NCBI RefSeq assembly: GCF_009914755.1
Contig: NC_060945.1
From: the human T2T-CHM13v2.0 reference genome, Homo sapiens
DNA length: 64,000 nucleotides
Direction: 5' to 3' (one strand)
A program made the translations under genes and the position numbers. Shown here in pieces: positions 35,232 to 50,269 of the stretch (the stretch's first letter is position 1; each line of letters opens with the position of its first letter). The notes below the pieces were generated by a model. It had not been told where the DNA came from. It saw nothing but the letters and a program-made list of their open reading frames with translations, and did not search any database.

Positions 35232-36285
35232 CAATATCCACGGGTGGACAAAATGTAGTAAAAATTTTATGGGCCACTTGAGACATAGTGGATCGGCACG
35301 GAACAAGCCCTGTCCAAAAGAGCGCAGTTGGCTTCAAGTTCTTTTGGAAACTCCCCAGCATATGGAAACCTCCCCAAGATTCCTCTGGCCTCCTCAGCCG
35401 CCTGCTGCCCCCACTCCCAGCCCTCCTCTTGTCAGCCCAGACGGCGGAGCCTACTCTCTTTCAGCTTCAGGCCTCCGATGGAACAAAGGAAGTTTCACAG
35501 TGGGTCTCTCTCCTTTATTAAAACCAGCAAGAGCTCTTCAAGGAAGAGAGGGTGGGTGTTGGGGGTATGGAAAGCAGAGAGACAGTGATCTTTCCAGAAA
35601 CTGTGATCTTTATCAAATGCCTATCAGCCTCCGACAGGTATGAATTAACTTTGAGGAATGATATATGTGTTTGTATAAAGATATATATGCACATCCCACC
35701 ATGGAGGGCCCTGAACATCCCTCAGAGAGATTTAGATCTGATCCTGATGGTGCTGAGGAGCCACTGGTGGTCTCTGAGCAAGGGAGCAAACTGCTCTCAG
35801 TTTTATATGAGTTCTGAAGCATCATCAGCTCCCAGACATTGCAAAACAGCTCCCGAAAGCCACGAATGGTCTCCCCACACCCCTGAGGATAGCCTGGTGG
35901 AGGCTTTAGTATGGAAACCAGAAATACTTACTCCTAGTTAGTCCTCATTCTATTATTACGCTGGGCCATGGGCCTCTTCTCTGAACCTCAGTTTCCTCAT
36001 CAATGAAATGGGAAGAATTGTTTGTCATGTACCCAACCACACACATAAGCAAGCTAAAAAACATTTTAAAGTGATGTCTGAAGGAATGCTATTTATGGCT
36101 TAGGCATCAAAAATCACTTGACATGTCTTCAGAAAAGAGAAACTTGCCAGGTCCTCAGTTTCAAAAGGAAAGCCTCCAACTCCTTGAGAACTGTCCAAAG
36201 AAAGACAGCTTCCCCCACCACTGATGAACTGATTGATCAGCAGAGAAACTTTCTGTTTTTAAAATGTTTTGATGTAGGGTGCAGC

Positions 36286-36462
36286 ATATTATATATGTAA
36301 TATCCAAATACCATATTTATATATGATTTGGATATAATATACACATGTGTAATACATGTTATATATCATATGTAATATATAACATATATGTAATGTATGT
36401 GTGATATACATATATATAAAATATCCAAATTTTATATACGTGTGTGTGTGTGTGTGTTTGTG
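36286..36462. repeat. AT-rich low complexity plus (TG)n
   Basis: Direct reading. Confidence 0.85.
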
Positions 36463-36469
36463 TGAACAT

Positions 36470-37002
36470 TCCAGAAATGGTGGCAAGAGTATCTCCCATC
36501 TCACCTGATCTTCTATAATGGAACTTTGATGCTCCTTCTACCGAGAGGAGAGGTCTATGTCCACTCCCCTTGAATCTAGGCAGCCTTATAACTTGTTTGC
36601 AGCCAGTCGTCAATGATGGAAGCGATGCTGCATGACCTTTAACACTGAGTCCTTAAAGGTGATGTGGCTTCCCTGAGACACCATGCCATGAAGGGGCCCA
36701 AGATGCGGCCATGCTGTGAGGAAGCTCAAACAATCTGACCCAGAAAGCCCTCCTGGAGAGGCTTGTGAGAATACACAGACAGGGAGAGATGTACAACCAG
36801 CCCCCGGCTACTCTGGACCTCTGATTTCTAGTTCTAGTTACCTTCTGACTACAGCTACATGATGGACCCCAAGACAGAACTGCTCAGCTGAACCTTTCCT
36901 GAATTCATGACCCACAGTAAGTGTGAAAGATAATAAAATGATTGTTGTTTAAACCACTACATTTTGGGGTGGTTTGTTGCACAGCAAAATGTAACTGGAA
37001 TA
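36470..37002 (+). mobile_element. MLT1 (G/H-like) LTR
   Basis: ccccttgaatctagggcag...taataaaatgattgttgtttaaaccactacattttggggtggtttgtt...taactggaata. Confidence 0.75.
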
Positions 37003-38246
37003 AATGGCAAGGCAACAGGTTGATACAAGGCCCAGGAACGGTTACTAGTTTGAGCCTCCAGGGATACTGCCTGGCTCAGTCTTCTCAACCAACCACCAGA
37101 AGCTTCTTCTCTCTATGCTTCACATTTAGCAAAATGGCACACCCTCCATCCAAGCCAGCATGTGAGCCTCCTCCTTCCCAGTCACTTAAATGGACTCCTC
37201 TGCCCTCAAGAATCAGCACCCATGAAATGGCAACTTACTATCATCTTCCCCATCTACCTCCACCCCAAAGCTTAGAACGACGGACCTCAGCCTTAGTGCC
37301 TAAAAAAAATTACCTAGGATACCTCTACCCCTCCCTAACTCTACCCAGATTCTGATATAGCAGGTATGGAGGAGAGCCAGGTAGTTCTGCCCGCAGGTGG
37401 AGACATTTATTCCAAGAAGGTCAGAACCCAGAATGTGAAGTGCCACTTTGCCTGGAATGTAAGTCTCAAATGTCTTCTCCAAGGAGCCCTGTTGAGGCTG
37501 GCAGCTCCTTTCACCCTCATGACAGGGATTTTTTTTTTTTTCTGGATTCATTCTGAAGCCACAAGCTTTTGGTCTCCCATGAAAAGTTTTTTGCTATGTT
37601 GGATGGAAATCACTGCTCTGATGCTAACCGTGGCAGAGGCATGAAAATTCAGAGCTGAGAGCATCCAATGGCTGTCCCATGACATCTGGGATATCTCTGG
37701 CTGAAAGCTGGGGAAATGGGGTCACCAACTGCTCCATTAGCCTACTTTGGGTGGACCCTCCCCTTCCTGACCCTCACAGCGTCCGGCCCCCTCACACCAG
37801 TTATTGTGCAGAAGGAGATTGTCCGTCCTTCCAGCAGAATGGAGCCCAGCAGTGCTCACCCCTTACCCATGGTCCGGCCACCACGTGTGGCTCACTCTGT
37901 CCTTTTCAGGGTTCATCCCAGAACTGGAGCTCACATTCCCAGAAGGCTTTGCTTTTCAGGCTTTTCAGGTTATCGCCAATTGAGGCTAAATGCTCTGACG
38001 TTGTGTCTTTGACGTGCCAAACTGTTCACTTGTTCACTGGAAACATGTAATATATCTCATACTTTATGTAACTTGCTTTTGGTATTCCTTCTTTTTTTTC
38101 TTTTTTTATTTTCTTTTTTGCCCCTAATATTTTGAGACCTTCAGAAAATCAAAGCAGCCCAGGTCTTGCTCAAGTTCTGATTCTGAGCTGCTCCGGTCAT
38201 CATCACATATTTGTTTCCTGTATACGGATTCTTACTTTTTCTTTGG

Positions 38247-38267
38247 CTATTTTGATCCTGACTCCAC
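38247..38267 (-). CDS. coding part of candidate last exon (VESGSK*) of the putative spliced small ORF
   Basis: Acceptor atcattttattatctctcacAG|GTG GAG TCA GGA TCA AAA TAG; phase 0 matches the upstream donor; AATAAA on minus at 38105-38110. Confidence 0.5.
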   Translation of the reverse strand: MESGSK

Positions 38268-38407
38268 CTGTGAGAGATAATAAAATGATGATAAAAAGAT
38301 TTAAGCTTGCTGAAGGTAAGGACCTGGCCTCCTTCTTTGTATCCCCCAAAACCACCTTGTTCACAGAGCCCAGGGTCATGCTAGTGCATGACCACACCAC
38401 AGAGTGA

Positions 38408-38714
<307 letters not shown>

Positions 38715-38718
38715 TGGG

Positions 38719-39250
<532 letters not shown>

Positions 39251-39254
39251 ATAG

Positions 39255-39852
39255 TTCTTAGGGTTGAATTGTGTCCCCTCCAAAAATGATCCAGTGAAGT
39301 ACTAATCTCCTGCCCCTGCCAATGTGACCTTCTTTGGAAATAGGGTTCTGGTAGATGTCATCAAGTTAAGATGAAGTCATTGTGGATTAGTGTGGGCTCT
39401 AAATCTAATGATGCGTATCCTTGTAAGGAAAAGGAAATTTGGAGACACACAGAGGGAAGAGGGCCATGTGACGACAGAGTCAGGAGGTGGAGTGATGGAA
39501 GCACAGGCCAAGGAATGGCAGGGATTGCTGGCCACCAGCTGCCAGGAGAGGCTGGGAAGGATAGAGGCTGTGCCTCCCTCCCTCCAGAAGCTGGAAGAGG
39601 CCAGAAAGGATGAAGGCTGTGGCTCCCCCAACTTCAGAAGCTGGAAGAGGCCAGGAAGGATAGAGACTGTGCCTCCCTCCCTCCAGAAGCTGGAAGAGGC
39701 TGGGAAGGATGGAGGCTGTGGAGGGTGCATGGCCCTGCTGACACCTTGATTTTGGACTTCTTGCCTCCAGAAATGTGAGACAGTGAATATCTGTTGTTCT
39801 AAATCACCCAGTTTGGGGTACTTTGTTATGGCAGCCCTAAGAAATGAATGCA
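39255..39852 (+). mobile_element. MLT1C-like LTR with internal 49/50-bp tandem repeat
   Basis: gggttgaattgtgtcccctccaaaa...gtgaccttctttggaaataggg...ctttgttatggcagccctaagaaa. Confidence 0.85.
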
Positions 39853-40113
39853 GATTTTCGTGCTGGAAAGTGGAGTGTCTGTTTGGGATGAAAAAGAGAG
39901 GAGCCACCTAGACACTGGTCCAGGAGGCTAGTGCTAAGGCAAAGCAACCCACAGGCAAGGTCTCATCCCCTCTTGCCCGGGGCAGCTGAAGACAAATTCC
40001 ACGTGCCTTCCTCCCCAGTGCTTCTCAGCAGCCTGCAATTCCATGGGACCACCGACCGTGACAAATGTGGCCAACAGAAAGCTTTTATTAATAGGAATTT
40101 AATTTAGAATTTA

Positions 40114-40514
<401 letters not shown>

Positions 40515-40519
40515 GTAGT

Positions 40520-41110
40520 TTCTCTCCTGAAGGAACTCAGATAAACAGGGCATTGCTTCACAGAGGAATCAGGCCACAGTGGGGATAAGCAGAGCACCAT
40601 AGCAGGGCACCAGCAATGGCCACAGATTATGCTCACATCAAGGCTTAAAGAACATGTGGACATCAGCCAGGCCAAAGAAGGTGGTGGCATCCAGGCAAGA
40701 GCATGACCAAAAGCACCCAGACATGAAACAGTGTGGCACGTGCACACAAACTGAAAGCAGCTTGGAGCCAACACGCTATTGAACAGGAGGAAGAAATGAA
40801 ATATGAGGCAGGAAAGAGAGGGTGGGAGAGGCCAGCTGATGAGATGTTTCGTGTTCCATGCTATAGAGCTTGGAATTTATTCTGTAGGCAATGAGATGCT
40901 TCTTCTCTAGGACTTAAAGCAGAAAAGTGGCATAGATAGATTTTCATTTAATACAGACCATCCTGGCTAAAATGTGTCAATGGATTACAACAGAACAAGA
41001 TTAGAGGCAAATCAACTAGGTACCTGCTGTGAGCAGTCCAGATGAGAGGTGGTGCAGCTGTGACTTAGGGAAGTGGTGCTGGATGGGAAGGAAGAGACTT
41101 GGGGAGTGTT
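40520..41110 (-). mobile_element. L2 fragment
   Basis: gagcttggaatttattctgtaggcaatgag...agaccatcctggct...cagtccagatgagagg. Confidence 0.6.
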
Positions 41111-41162
41111 CCAAGGGTGTCCGCGCTTGAGCTCCCCACAGAAGCAGGACCTGTGACAAGGG
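41024..41162 (-). CDS. candidate internal exon (139 nt) of the putative spliced small ORF / lncRNA
   Basis: cacatcAG|CCCTTGT...CAGCAG|GTacct; open in the frame set by the 42280 donor: (S)[46 protein letters not shown]. Confidence 0.5.
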
Positions 41163-41740
41163 CTGATGTGCAGGCTGTTTAGGAATTGATGCCAAGTAAC
41201 AGCAATGGGGGCTGGGAGGAGTGAAAGAGGGAGGTGGGCTTGGTGTGGTGGCTCACACCTGTAATCCCAGCACTTTGAGAGGCTAAGGCAGGAGAATCGC
41301 CTGAGGCCAGGAGGCCAAGACCAGCCTGGGCAACACAGGGAGACCGCATCTCAACAAAAAGTTTTAAAAATTAAAAATTTTAAAAATAGTGGGAGGAGAA
41401 AGAAGCATCCCAGTGTGGTGTTATTGGCCTGGTTACCTCCATGGGCTGCTGGGACTGGATCCCCTGGAGACCCCCTGAGGAAGCGTGTGAAAGATGCCTC
41501 AGAATTGTCCACCCAAGACATGGATGGAAGACAGATGAGCTCATCAGCTCCTGCCCCTATTGGTCAAAGTTTTCCCCCAAGGAAAGCCACCTCCCTTGAG
41601 CTTCCAAGTTTACACACAAGCCAGTATAGCTAAGCAAGTCCCCGCAGGCTTGGACAGAAAGCCTGCCACAGCAGATACCCACTGCCACAGCTGTCAGGTG
41701 ACAGCTTGTTGTTGCGGTTGTCAGAGCAACGCCCAGGAGC
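41118..41740 (-). mobile_element. LTR16/LTR33-like ERVL LTR, interrupted by a FLAM (41237-41387, +)
   Basis: tgtcc...gagctccccacagaagcaggacctgtgacaaggg is a reverse LTR16-type 3' end. Confidence 0.5.
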
Positions 41741-41750
41741 AAAAAAGGCG

Positions 41751-42056
41751 AGCCAGGTCAGGCGCAGTGGCAAACTCCTGCAATCCCAGCAATTTGGGAA
41801 GCCAAGGCAGGAGGATTGTTTGAGGCCAGGAGTTCAAGACCAGCTTGGGCAAGAAAGAGACCCCTGTCTCTACAAAACATAAAAAATTAGCCAGGCATGG
41901 TGGTGCGTGCCTGTGGTCCCAGCTACTCAGGAGGCTGAGGCAGGAGGATAGCTTGAGCCCAGGAGGTCAAGGCTGCAGTGAGCCATGGTCGTGCCAGCAC
42001 ACCCTAGCCTGAGTGATAGAGCGAGACCCTGTCTCTAAAAACTTAAAGAAAAAAAC
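41751..42056 (+). mobile_element. AluJ
   Basis: gaggtcaaggctgcagtgagccatg. Confidence 0.93.
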
Positions 42057-42279
42057 GGTGAGCCAAGAGCATGTGAAAGGAGCGTGAAAGGAGCATGAAA
42101 GGGAGGTGGGCAGAAGAAGCTGGTTGGATAGAGGAAGTGAAAGGAAGAGGCGCATTTGTACAGACAGCCGCCCTTCTGGACCGAGTAACCACGTGGAGAG
42201 TGGTTCTCCATCCACCCACATAGGACGCACAAGGAAAAGAAGAGGTTCCCAAAGATAAGGGATTTCATGGGGAAAATAC

Positions 42280-42509
42280 CTCATCGAATGGACTGCGACC
42301 CTCAAGGGAAGATGTTCCATAAGCTCGGCGCGAGTCAGGCAGTAGGGAGAGGTCTTGAGATCACAGGTGAAGTGAAGGCTCCCAGGAAGGGTGATTGCAG
42401 GGCGAGGGCCTCCTGACCTGGAGACAGGGCCCCAAGGAACAGTCATACGAAGAGGGCAGAGGACAAATGAAGAGGGAGTGGACAGAAAGAGAAATGGGAG
42501 GAGAGCCAT
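42280..42509 (-). CDS. candidate first coding exon of a putative spliced small ORF (129 aa if started at ATG 42509; alternative acceptor at 42417)
   Basis: Part of track ORF 41967..42509; donor ATGAG|GTattt at 42280/42279; internal acceptor ccctgtctccAG|G at 42418/42417. Confidence 0.45.
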
Positions 42510-42689
42510 GTGCCAGGAGCCAAGTGATTTAAATGCAGGTGTAGTGCCCTGGAGAGTTCCATGTGTAAGAACAAGTAAATCATTGTTGCTTACCTCTCCC
42601 TTGAAAAAAAAAAAATACCCTGCTTCTTGTCCTAAGTTCCCAGGCTCTCTTTTTGCCTACTCCCTCCCCAGTTGCTGAGTCCAGTCAAC

Positions 42690-43330
42690 CCTCCTGCTAC
42701 AGTATCCCCTATAGCGCCATTCACCTGCCCTCCTCTGCTCCCTTGGCCAACATCTAGGTTCAGAACCTCATTGTCTCTCTTCTGGTCTGTCCTGCCTCCT
42801 CCTCCCTCTGCTGCTGTCCATCCAGGTGGATTTTCCTAAAGGGAAAAGGTGCACTTGAGGGCAAATTTCTCTTGGCCATGCACTTAGGAGGGGGATTTCT
42901 GGGTAAAGGGGTAAGTTCACTGCTTTTCTAATTCTCTACTTTTTCCTTATCCTCACCCATAAATCTTACAACCCCCTTGAAGTGCAATAACTTTATTTCT
43001 AGGACCTCTCAGAGCCTTTGCCTGTGCTGTTCCCACTTGCCGGGAATGCCTTTCCCTTCATCCCCAATAGTTCAAGCCCCACCTTTTCCTGAGCCCAGCT
43101 CAGATGCCACCCCCTCATCCAGGAAGGCCTCCTTGATACCTCCCTACCAGAATTAATCTCTCCTTCTCTTGTGGTCTGAAGACTCTTGGCTTTCTCCCCT
43201 GTCCTATTTTTGCTTGTTATCACTGACATTGCTTTACACGCTTTTTCTCCTCTGCTGGGAGCAAGGGCAGTTTCTATGTCACAATGCCCCACTATGCCCA
43301 TTAAGCTACAGTGCACATGGTACCCATCCC
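42690..43330 (+). mobile_element. L2 fragments
   Basis: gagcctttgcctgtgctgttccc...gaatgcctttccc...cagctcagatgccacc...aggaaggcctcc. Confidence 0.55.
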
Positions 43331-43559
43331 GAGACCAACATTCTTTTTACACTTCTGTGCTTCTGACCTAGGAAAGTCTTACTTTTCATAGAGTGTCATA
43401 GCTGAGTTGGAAGCTCTTTTCTTAGAGCCTCTTAAAATAATGGCGTGCCTTATAGTCAATGATCTCTTACATTCCATTAAATACAGTAGGAGATGTTCAA
43501 CCAATATTTGCTAAATTGGAGGAGTTAAAGTCATTTTGAGTAGGAGAGGGAATCTAGAC

Positions 43560-43880
43560 CCACTATTTGGATTAGTACAGATTTTAGTGCAACTCAGGGC
43601 TTCTGCAGAGCCCCTCCAGCTTTCACCTGTCCACTTAGTTGATGATGAGCACGCCTGCGAACTCTTCACACTTTCCAAACCCACCAAGGCAGCTTCTCCC
43701 GTAAGGACATGTTTCTTACCTTCAAGACCCCTGTTGCCTCCAGCAGCAATCTCAGTAATGACGTCTACTTCTGTTTCCTGCTTCCTTCTCCCTGACTCCT
43801 GCTTCCTGGAGTCCCCTCAGATAAACCTCCTGTGCCCAAGACCTTGTCAGGGTCTGCATTTACGGGAACCCAACTAAAAT
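43560..43880 (+). mobile_element. LTR16/LTR33-like LTR fragment
   Basis: cagataaacctcctgtgcccaagaccttgtcagggtctgcatttacgggaacccaactaaaa terminus. Confidence 0.5.
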
Positions 43881-46040
43881 TCCAGGACCACCATATAAAG
43901 GTCCCTTTGTCGGGGGCTGGGCCTGCTCTGGATACAGTAGGGAAGTGGCTCCAGGGTCTGCGGCCAGCGAGGAGAGGGTCCGGCAGTCACCAGTGGGAGC
44001 TGTTTCCTCCCGTATTCCTCCCACCTGTCCCTACCTGTCCTGCTGGCGGGGTAAAGAGTGGGATTTACCTCGTGACAGCTGCCTTACAGCCCCATGAAAA
44101 GGCACTTTGGGCTGCGGTTGGGGGGAGCGCATCTCCAGGGATTGCAGGGTAGGAGGACAAGAACTCTCCCTGGCCTGGGAGTCAGGGAAATGGAGAGATC
44201 AGAGCAACACAAGTGCTGGGAACAGATGGGGCTTCCTGGGCTCCAGCGCTAATTAACCAGCTCTGCAGCTCAAGGCCTGGGCCTCATGATAGTAGTCTGA
44301 GGGCCCCTGGGGTGCAGGGTTGAGCACACAAGGCTGCACACAGGCAGAGGGAGAGGGGTGATCCCGGGAACAGCCATCCCTCCATTCCCTAATCCAGAGG
44401 CCGCTGCCCTTCTTGGGCCAGAGAGCAGCAGCTTCTAATACAGATCTGGGCTTCTCACTCAGCAGGTGCCAGGGACCCAAGGAGACAAATGGAGGAAAAA
44501 GAGTGAGGAACTCCTGCCCCAAGGAGGCCGCTGCCACCGCCCACTGGCCGCAGGCCAACTGGACCCCAGATGATAAGCGTGAAACTCCCAGAGGTTGAGA
44601 TTGGGAGACTCTCCTCCTCCCTGCCTTTCATCTTGTGTCCCCTCTCTTGTCCCTTCCTCACTTGCAAGAACAGAACTCATTTGATGTGTTTCCGCTACCA
44701 AATCAGAGCAGTGAGTGCAGAGTTGGGGAGGAAATTGAAGGGAAACAATTCAAACTGTTTCACTGGAGTTGCAGGCGCTGATAAAGGCATCTTCGTTAGT
44801 TAATGAGTTAATTTCTGATAAACCTTAGATACCTAAAATAGGCTACATATTATATGGCCTAAATTGATTCCTAATTAACACTTGAAATGTAATCACAATC
44901 AAGGTGGCTTTTTAAATTGTGGGCAAGAGAAAGAAATACATCTCAGACACAAAACAACCTGTACTTAACACTGCCATAAAGTGGATCAGGCTGTATTTAT
45001 ATTTATGTTTGTATTGAGGCTGATTTTTCTGATTCTCTCCCAGTTTGGGTGTTTTATCTCTGAATCCCCAGTGCATAGCACAGTCCTGGCTTGTAGTAGG
45101 AATTAGCAAATATCTGTTGAATACATAAACCCTCTTTTCAAAATACAGGACCAGAGCATAGAAACAGAATAGCTAATGTACACTCTTTTGTTGAATGGGG
45201 CAAGCACAGCCCAGGTAGCAAGTAAATAGTGACAAAATAATTCTGGAATTATCTCCCATCCACAAGCCAGGATCCAAAATAAATGTCCTTTGTTCTACAT
45301 TGTTATTGTTTTTTAAAAGTCATTTTCTTTTATCTTCTAAGATACTTATGGATAGAATAATATAAAGTCTGGATTTGCTTCAAAATACCTTAGCAGACTG
45401 GGATTATAGATGAGACAAGACCAGCTGTGTGGGAATAATTGTTGGAACTGGCTAGTGGGGACATAGAAATTCATAAAACTATACTGTCTACTTTTGAAAT
45501 TAATTTTCAAAAATATGCTTGAAATTGTCCTTTATAAAAGGTTTTTATTACTCCATGCTAGGAAAAATGTAATTGAAACTAAGTAGTAGAAATGTTAGAA
45601 AAACACAAGCAAACAATTCACAAGGTTGGTGCCATATCCCTTTAGGACATATATGCTCACTGCAGCGCCCACGGGTCCAGTTGGAGAGATGTGATGCTCA
45701 CAGAGCCTGTGTCCGAGGACTTTCTTTGCCGTTATCTCGTGGTTCTGCAAATACACGCTCAAGGCTGCCAAAAATGAGTGATAGTAAATTACCCCGCTAA
45801 TTCAATGACTCTTCTTCAATAGAAACCGATTACAAAGAAAAAAAAGTAGTCAACAATCCTAACAGTATTTCAGCAGTTCTTGGGAACATTTTGCAGAATG
45901 TAAGGGAAGACATTAACAAGAAATTTCTAGCAAAATTCCATTACTTCAAGTAGTCTTGCACAAAATGTGAGGCAGAGGGGGTAAATGTATATGTCCTTAC
46001 TTTTGATGATGCTGTTTTCTTGTTAAAAAAAACATCTTCT

Positions 46041-46395
<355 letters not shown>

Positions 46396-46980
46396 TCAGT
46401 TTTAGCCACTTGTTAAGATTTTTATTCTGTCTTTCCTGTGCCATTTAGAAATTCTGTTGTAAAAGCAATTTAATGTACCTAGAAATTTAAACTTCAATTC
46501 TAATTTCAAAACACAACTAAGTCTCTAAATATTTACTAAGTAATATTCAAATAAATGCCATTTCATCTGAACGGTAAAATAAACCAGCATGCTTGAACAT
46601 TTTAATGGGCTTCCAAATGCTATCGGAAAGATCAAGCTGTCCTGTCAGAGATCATCCGTGGATTTTCAGGAAATGCACTGCAATGTCACATAACCCATCT
46701 TTAGCCTGGCCTTTGAGCAAGCAAGCAAAACCATTCTGCAAATGCTGAGGCTGTATTTCCAGAGGCATTCCAAAATGACCTTGGAAATGCAATGCAATTA
46801 GTATAATATGTTTGGAGTGGGACATGCTGGAATTAAGGCAAAAATAGCATACATATTATCGCTGAAACAGAAGCGATTTAAGAAGAGAGAGCGCAACTCT
46901 AAAGGATGGACCTAAAATTAAAAGTAGTTTAAAAATACATATGTATTTAAAAAATACACATTAAAAAATACATATGTCTA

Positions 46981-47267
46981 GGCTGGGCGAGGTGGCTCAC
47001 ACCTGTAATCTCAGCTCTTTGGGAGGTGGAGGTGGGAGGATCACTCGAGCCCAGGAATTCGAGACCAGCCTGGGCAACGTGGCAAGAACCCATCTCTTCC
47101 TAAAATAATACAAAAATTAGCCAGGCGTGGTGGTGTGCACCTGTAGTCCCAGCTACTCAGGAGGCTAAGGTGGGAAGATCACTTAAGCCCAGGACGCAGA
47201 GACTTCAGTGAGCTGAGATCATGCCACTACACCCCAGCCTGGGCAACAGAGCCAGAACCTACCTCAA
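46981..47267 (+). mobile_element. AluJ followed by (TA)n/(TG)n
   Basis: ggaggatcactcgagcccagg. Confidence 0.92.
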
Positions 47268-47820
47268 GGTTACATGTATATGTGTGTGTATATATATATA
47301 TGTGTGTGTGTGTGTATGTATACATGTATGGATATACTCATATACATATATGGGAGCAGCCATTTTTATGGTGAAAGGTGGGAAAAGTCACACAAAATAA
47401 TATCCTTATTTTGCCAATTATAATAACCATTTATTGAGTACAAATATGGGTTATCTCATGTAATCCTCATCTCTGCTCACCCAGATAACTACTGTATGAT
47501 TTCCACTTTAAGGTGATAAAAACTGATGCCTGGGAAGGTCACGTGATGTAACCAAGGTCATCCATCCATTGAGAAATCCCTCCCATCTCCCAATTACCAG
47601 CCATCGACTGTACTGAAAGCTTATGAATATAAATAGTGGTTTACCCAGCATTCATTCTGAAAGAATCTCTATCTAGTCGTATATTTCAGAATGTTTTTCA
47701 TCTTCCACCCTTTTCTAAAAACACTTTCTCCATCTCCTAAACAAGCACTCAAAACGAATGACCCCTGAGGGAGATCTCCATGGACAAACCAAACATTAAC
47801 CTTCTGGAAAGCAGCTGATT

Positions 47821-48516
47821 ATCTCCATATCTGGGCAACTGTGAGTTATACTGCAATGAATATGAGTGCAGATATCTCTTTGAGGCACTGATTTCATGTC
47901 CTTTAGGTATATATACCAGAAGAGAGACTGCGGGACCATGTGGTAGTTCTTTCTTTAATTTTTTGAGGAACGTCCATACTGTTTTCCATAAATTACAATG
48001 GAATATCATTCAGCCTTCAAAAAGGAGATCCTGCCATTTGTGACAACTTGGATGAACCTGGAGGACCTGGTGCTAAATGACATAAGCCAGACACGGAAAG
48101 AAAAATACTGCATGATATTATTTATATATGGAATCCAAAACAGTCAAATACATAGAAGCAGAATAGAATGGTGATTCCCAGGACTCGGGGGAAATGGGGA
48201 GATGTTGGTCGAAGAGTACAGCCTTGCAGGTATAAGATGAACAAGTTCCGCAGACCTAACATACAGCATGGTGACTATAATTAACAATAACGTGTTATAT
48301 ACCTGAAATTGCTAAGACAGTAGAACACTTAAGATCTTAAGTGTTCTCACCACACACACAAAAAGTAACCATATGAGTGATGGATATGCTAATTAGCTGG
48401 ATTGTGGTAATCATTTCATGATATATACATATATCAAAACATCATGTTGTACATCTTAAATATATACAATTTTTATTTGTCAATTACACCTCAGTAAAGC
48501 TGGAAGGAAAAAAAAA
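47821..48516 (+). mobile_element. L1MA-like 3' end with 5' inversion (twin priming)
   Basis: 47821-~47990 is reverse L1 ORF2 end, ~47991-48516 is forward 3'UTR plus A tail; TSD aaag(c/t)agctgatt. Confidence 0.85.
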
Positions 48517-48689
48517 GTAGCTGATTTTTCAGTAGGATTAGAGCCAGGGCTCTCAGTGAGAAGTTCTGCGAAAGGCTGGAATGGACAGGACTTTTTGGTA
48601 GAAATGAAAAGCAATAAACCCACCTGCGGACAACCAAGCAGGTCGTGACATTGCAGGACTAGCAGATGGTACCTAAAATGTCACTGTAG

Positions 48690-49319
48690 TCTTTCCCACC
48701 TCACTGATTGGCAGCTGTGGCTCAGGCTAAAACCTTGGAGGCATCTTTAACTCCACTCTCTCTCCCTTTTACCTCACATCCAATCTGTCGGCAAATCCTA
48801 AACTTCTAAATATATCCAGAATATGACTGCTTCTCACACCTCCGTTGCCAGCACCTCCGGCAGGGCCCCCATTGTGTGCCGCCTGGATTCTCACAGTCGC
48901 CTCGCTCTGTCTCCCAGCCCTACACAGTCTCTTCTTTGCACAGCAGTCAAAAAGCTCCTTAAAAACCCAAGTCAGATCAAGTCAGCTCCCTGCTCTGAAC
49001 CCTGAACCCTCCAGGGGCTCCTCTATAACATTCAGAGTCGAAGTCAAAGTCTACAATGCTCCGAGGCCCTACACCATCTACCCCTGTCCATCCTTCTGGG
49101 ACCTTCAGCTCAACTTCCCCTCTAGCTGCTCCATTCCATGCATGCCAGCCCCACTCCCCATTCTGTGTTCCTCAAATATGCAGGGCCTTTGCACTAACTC
49201 TGTCCTCCCCAGATATCCCCAGATATCCTCCTGAATCCCCAGATATCCTCCTGAATCCCCAGATATCCTCCTGGCTCACTCCCTCAGCTCCCCCATGTCT
49301 TTGCTCAGACATCACCTTT
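48690..49319 (+). mobile_element. L2 fragment with 21-bp tandem repeat (49206-49273)
   Basis: ggctaaaaccttggaggcatc...cacatccaatctgtcggcaaatcc; (ccccagatatcctcctgaatc)n. Confidence 0.65.
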
Positions 49320-50036
<717 letters not shown>

Positions 50037-50269
50037 CCTTCTCAGTGAGATCTGCCTCAACTTCCCTATTCAAAATTGTAACATCTTCTGCCCAGCACTC
50101 CCAGCCCCCTACCCTGCAGCATTTTACCCCATAACACTTATCACCTTCTTACCTTTAAATGTGTTCCTTTCCTTACAAAAGCATAGCTTGTAAAATCCAA
50201 AGTCTTGTTTCCAACTAGATATCATCTGCCTCCTGATGCCATGCAAATGCACATAGCACCAGCTAGGAA

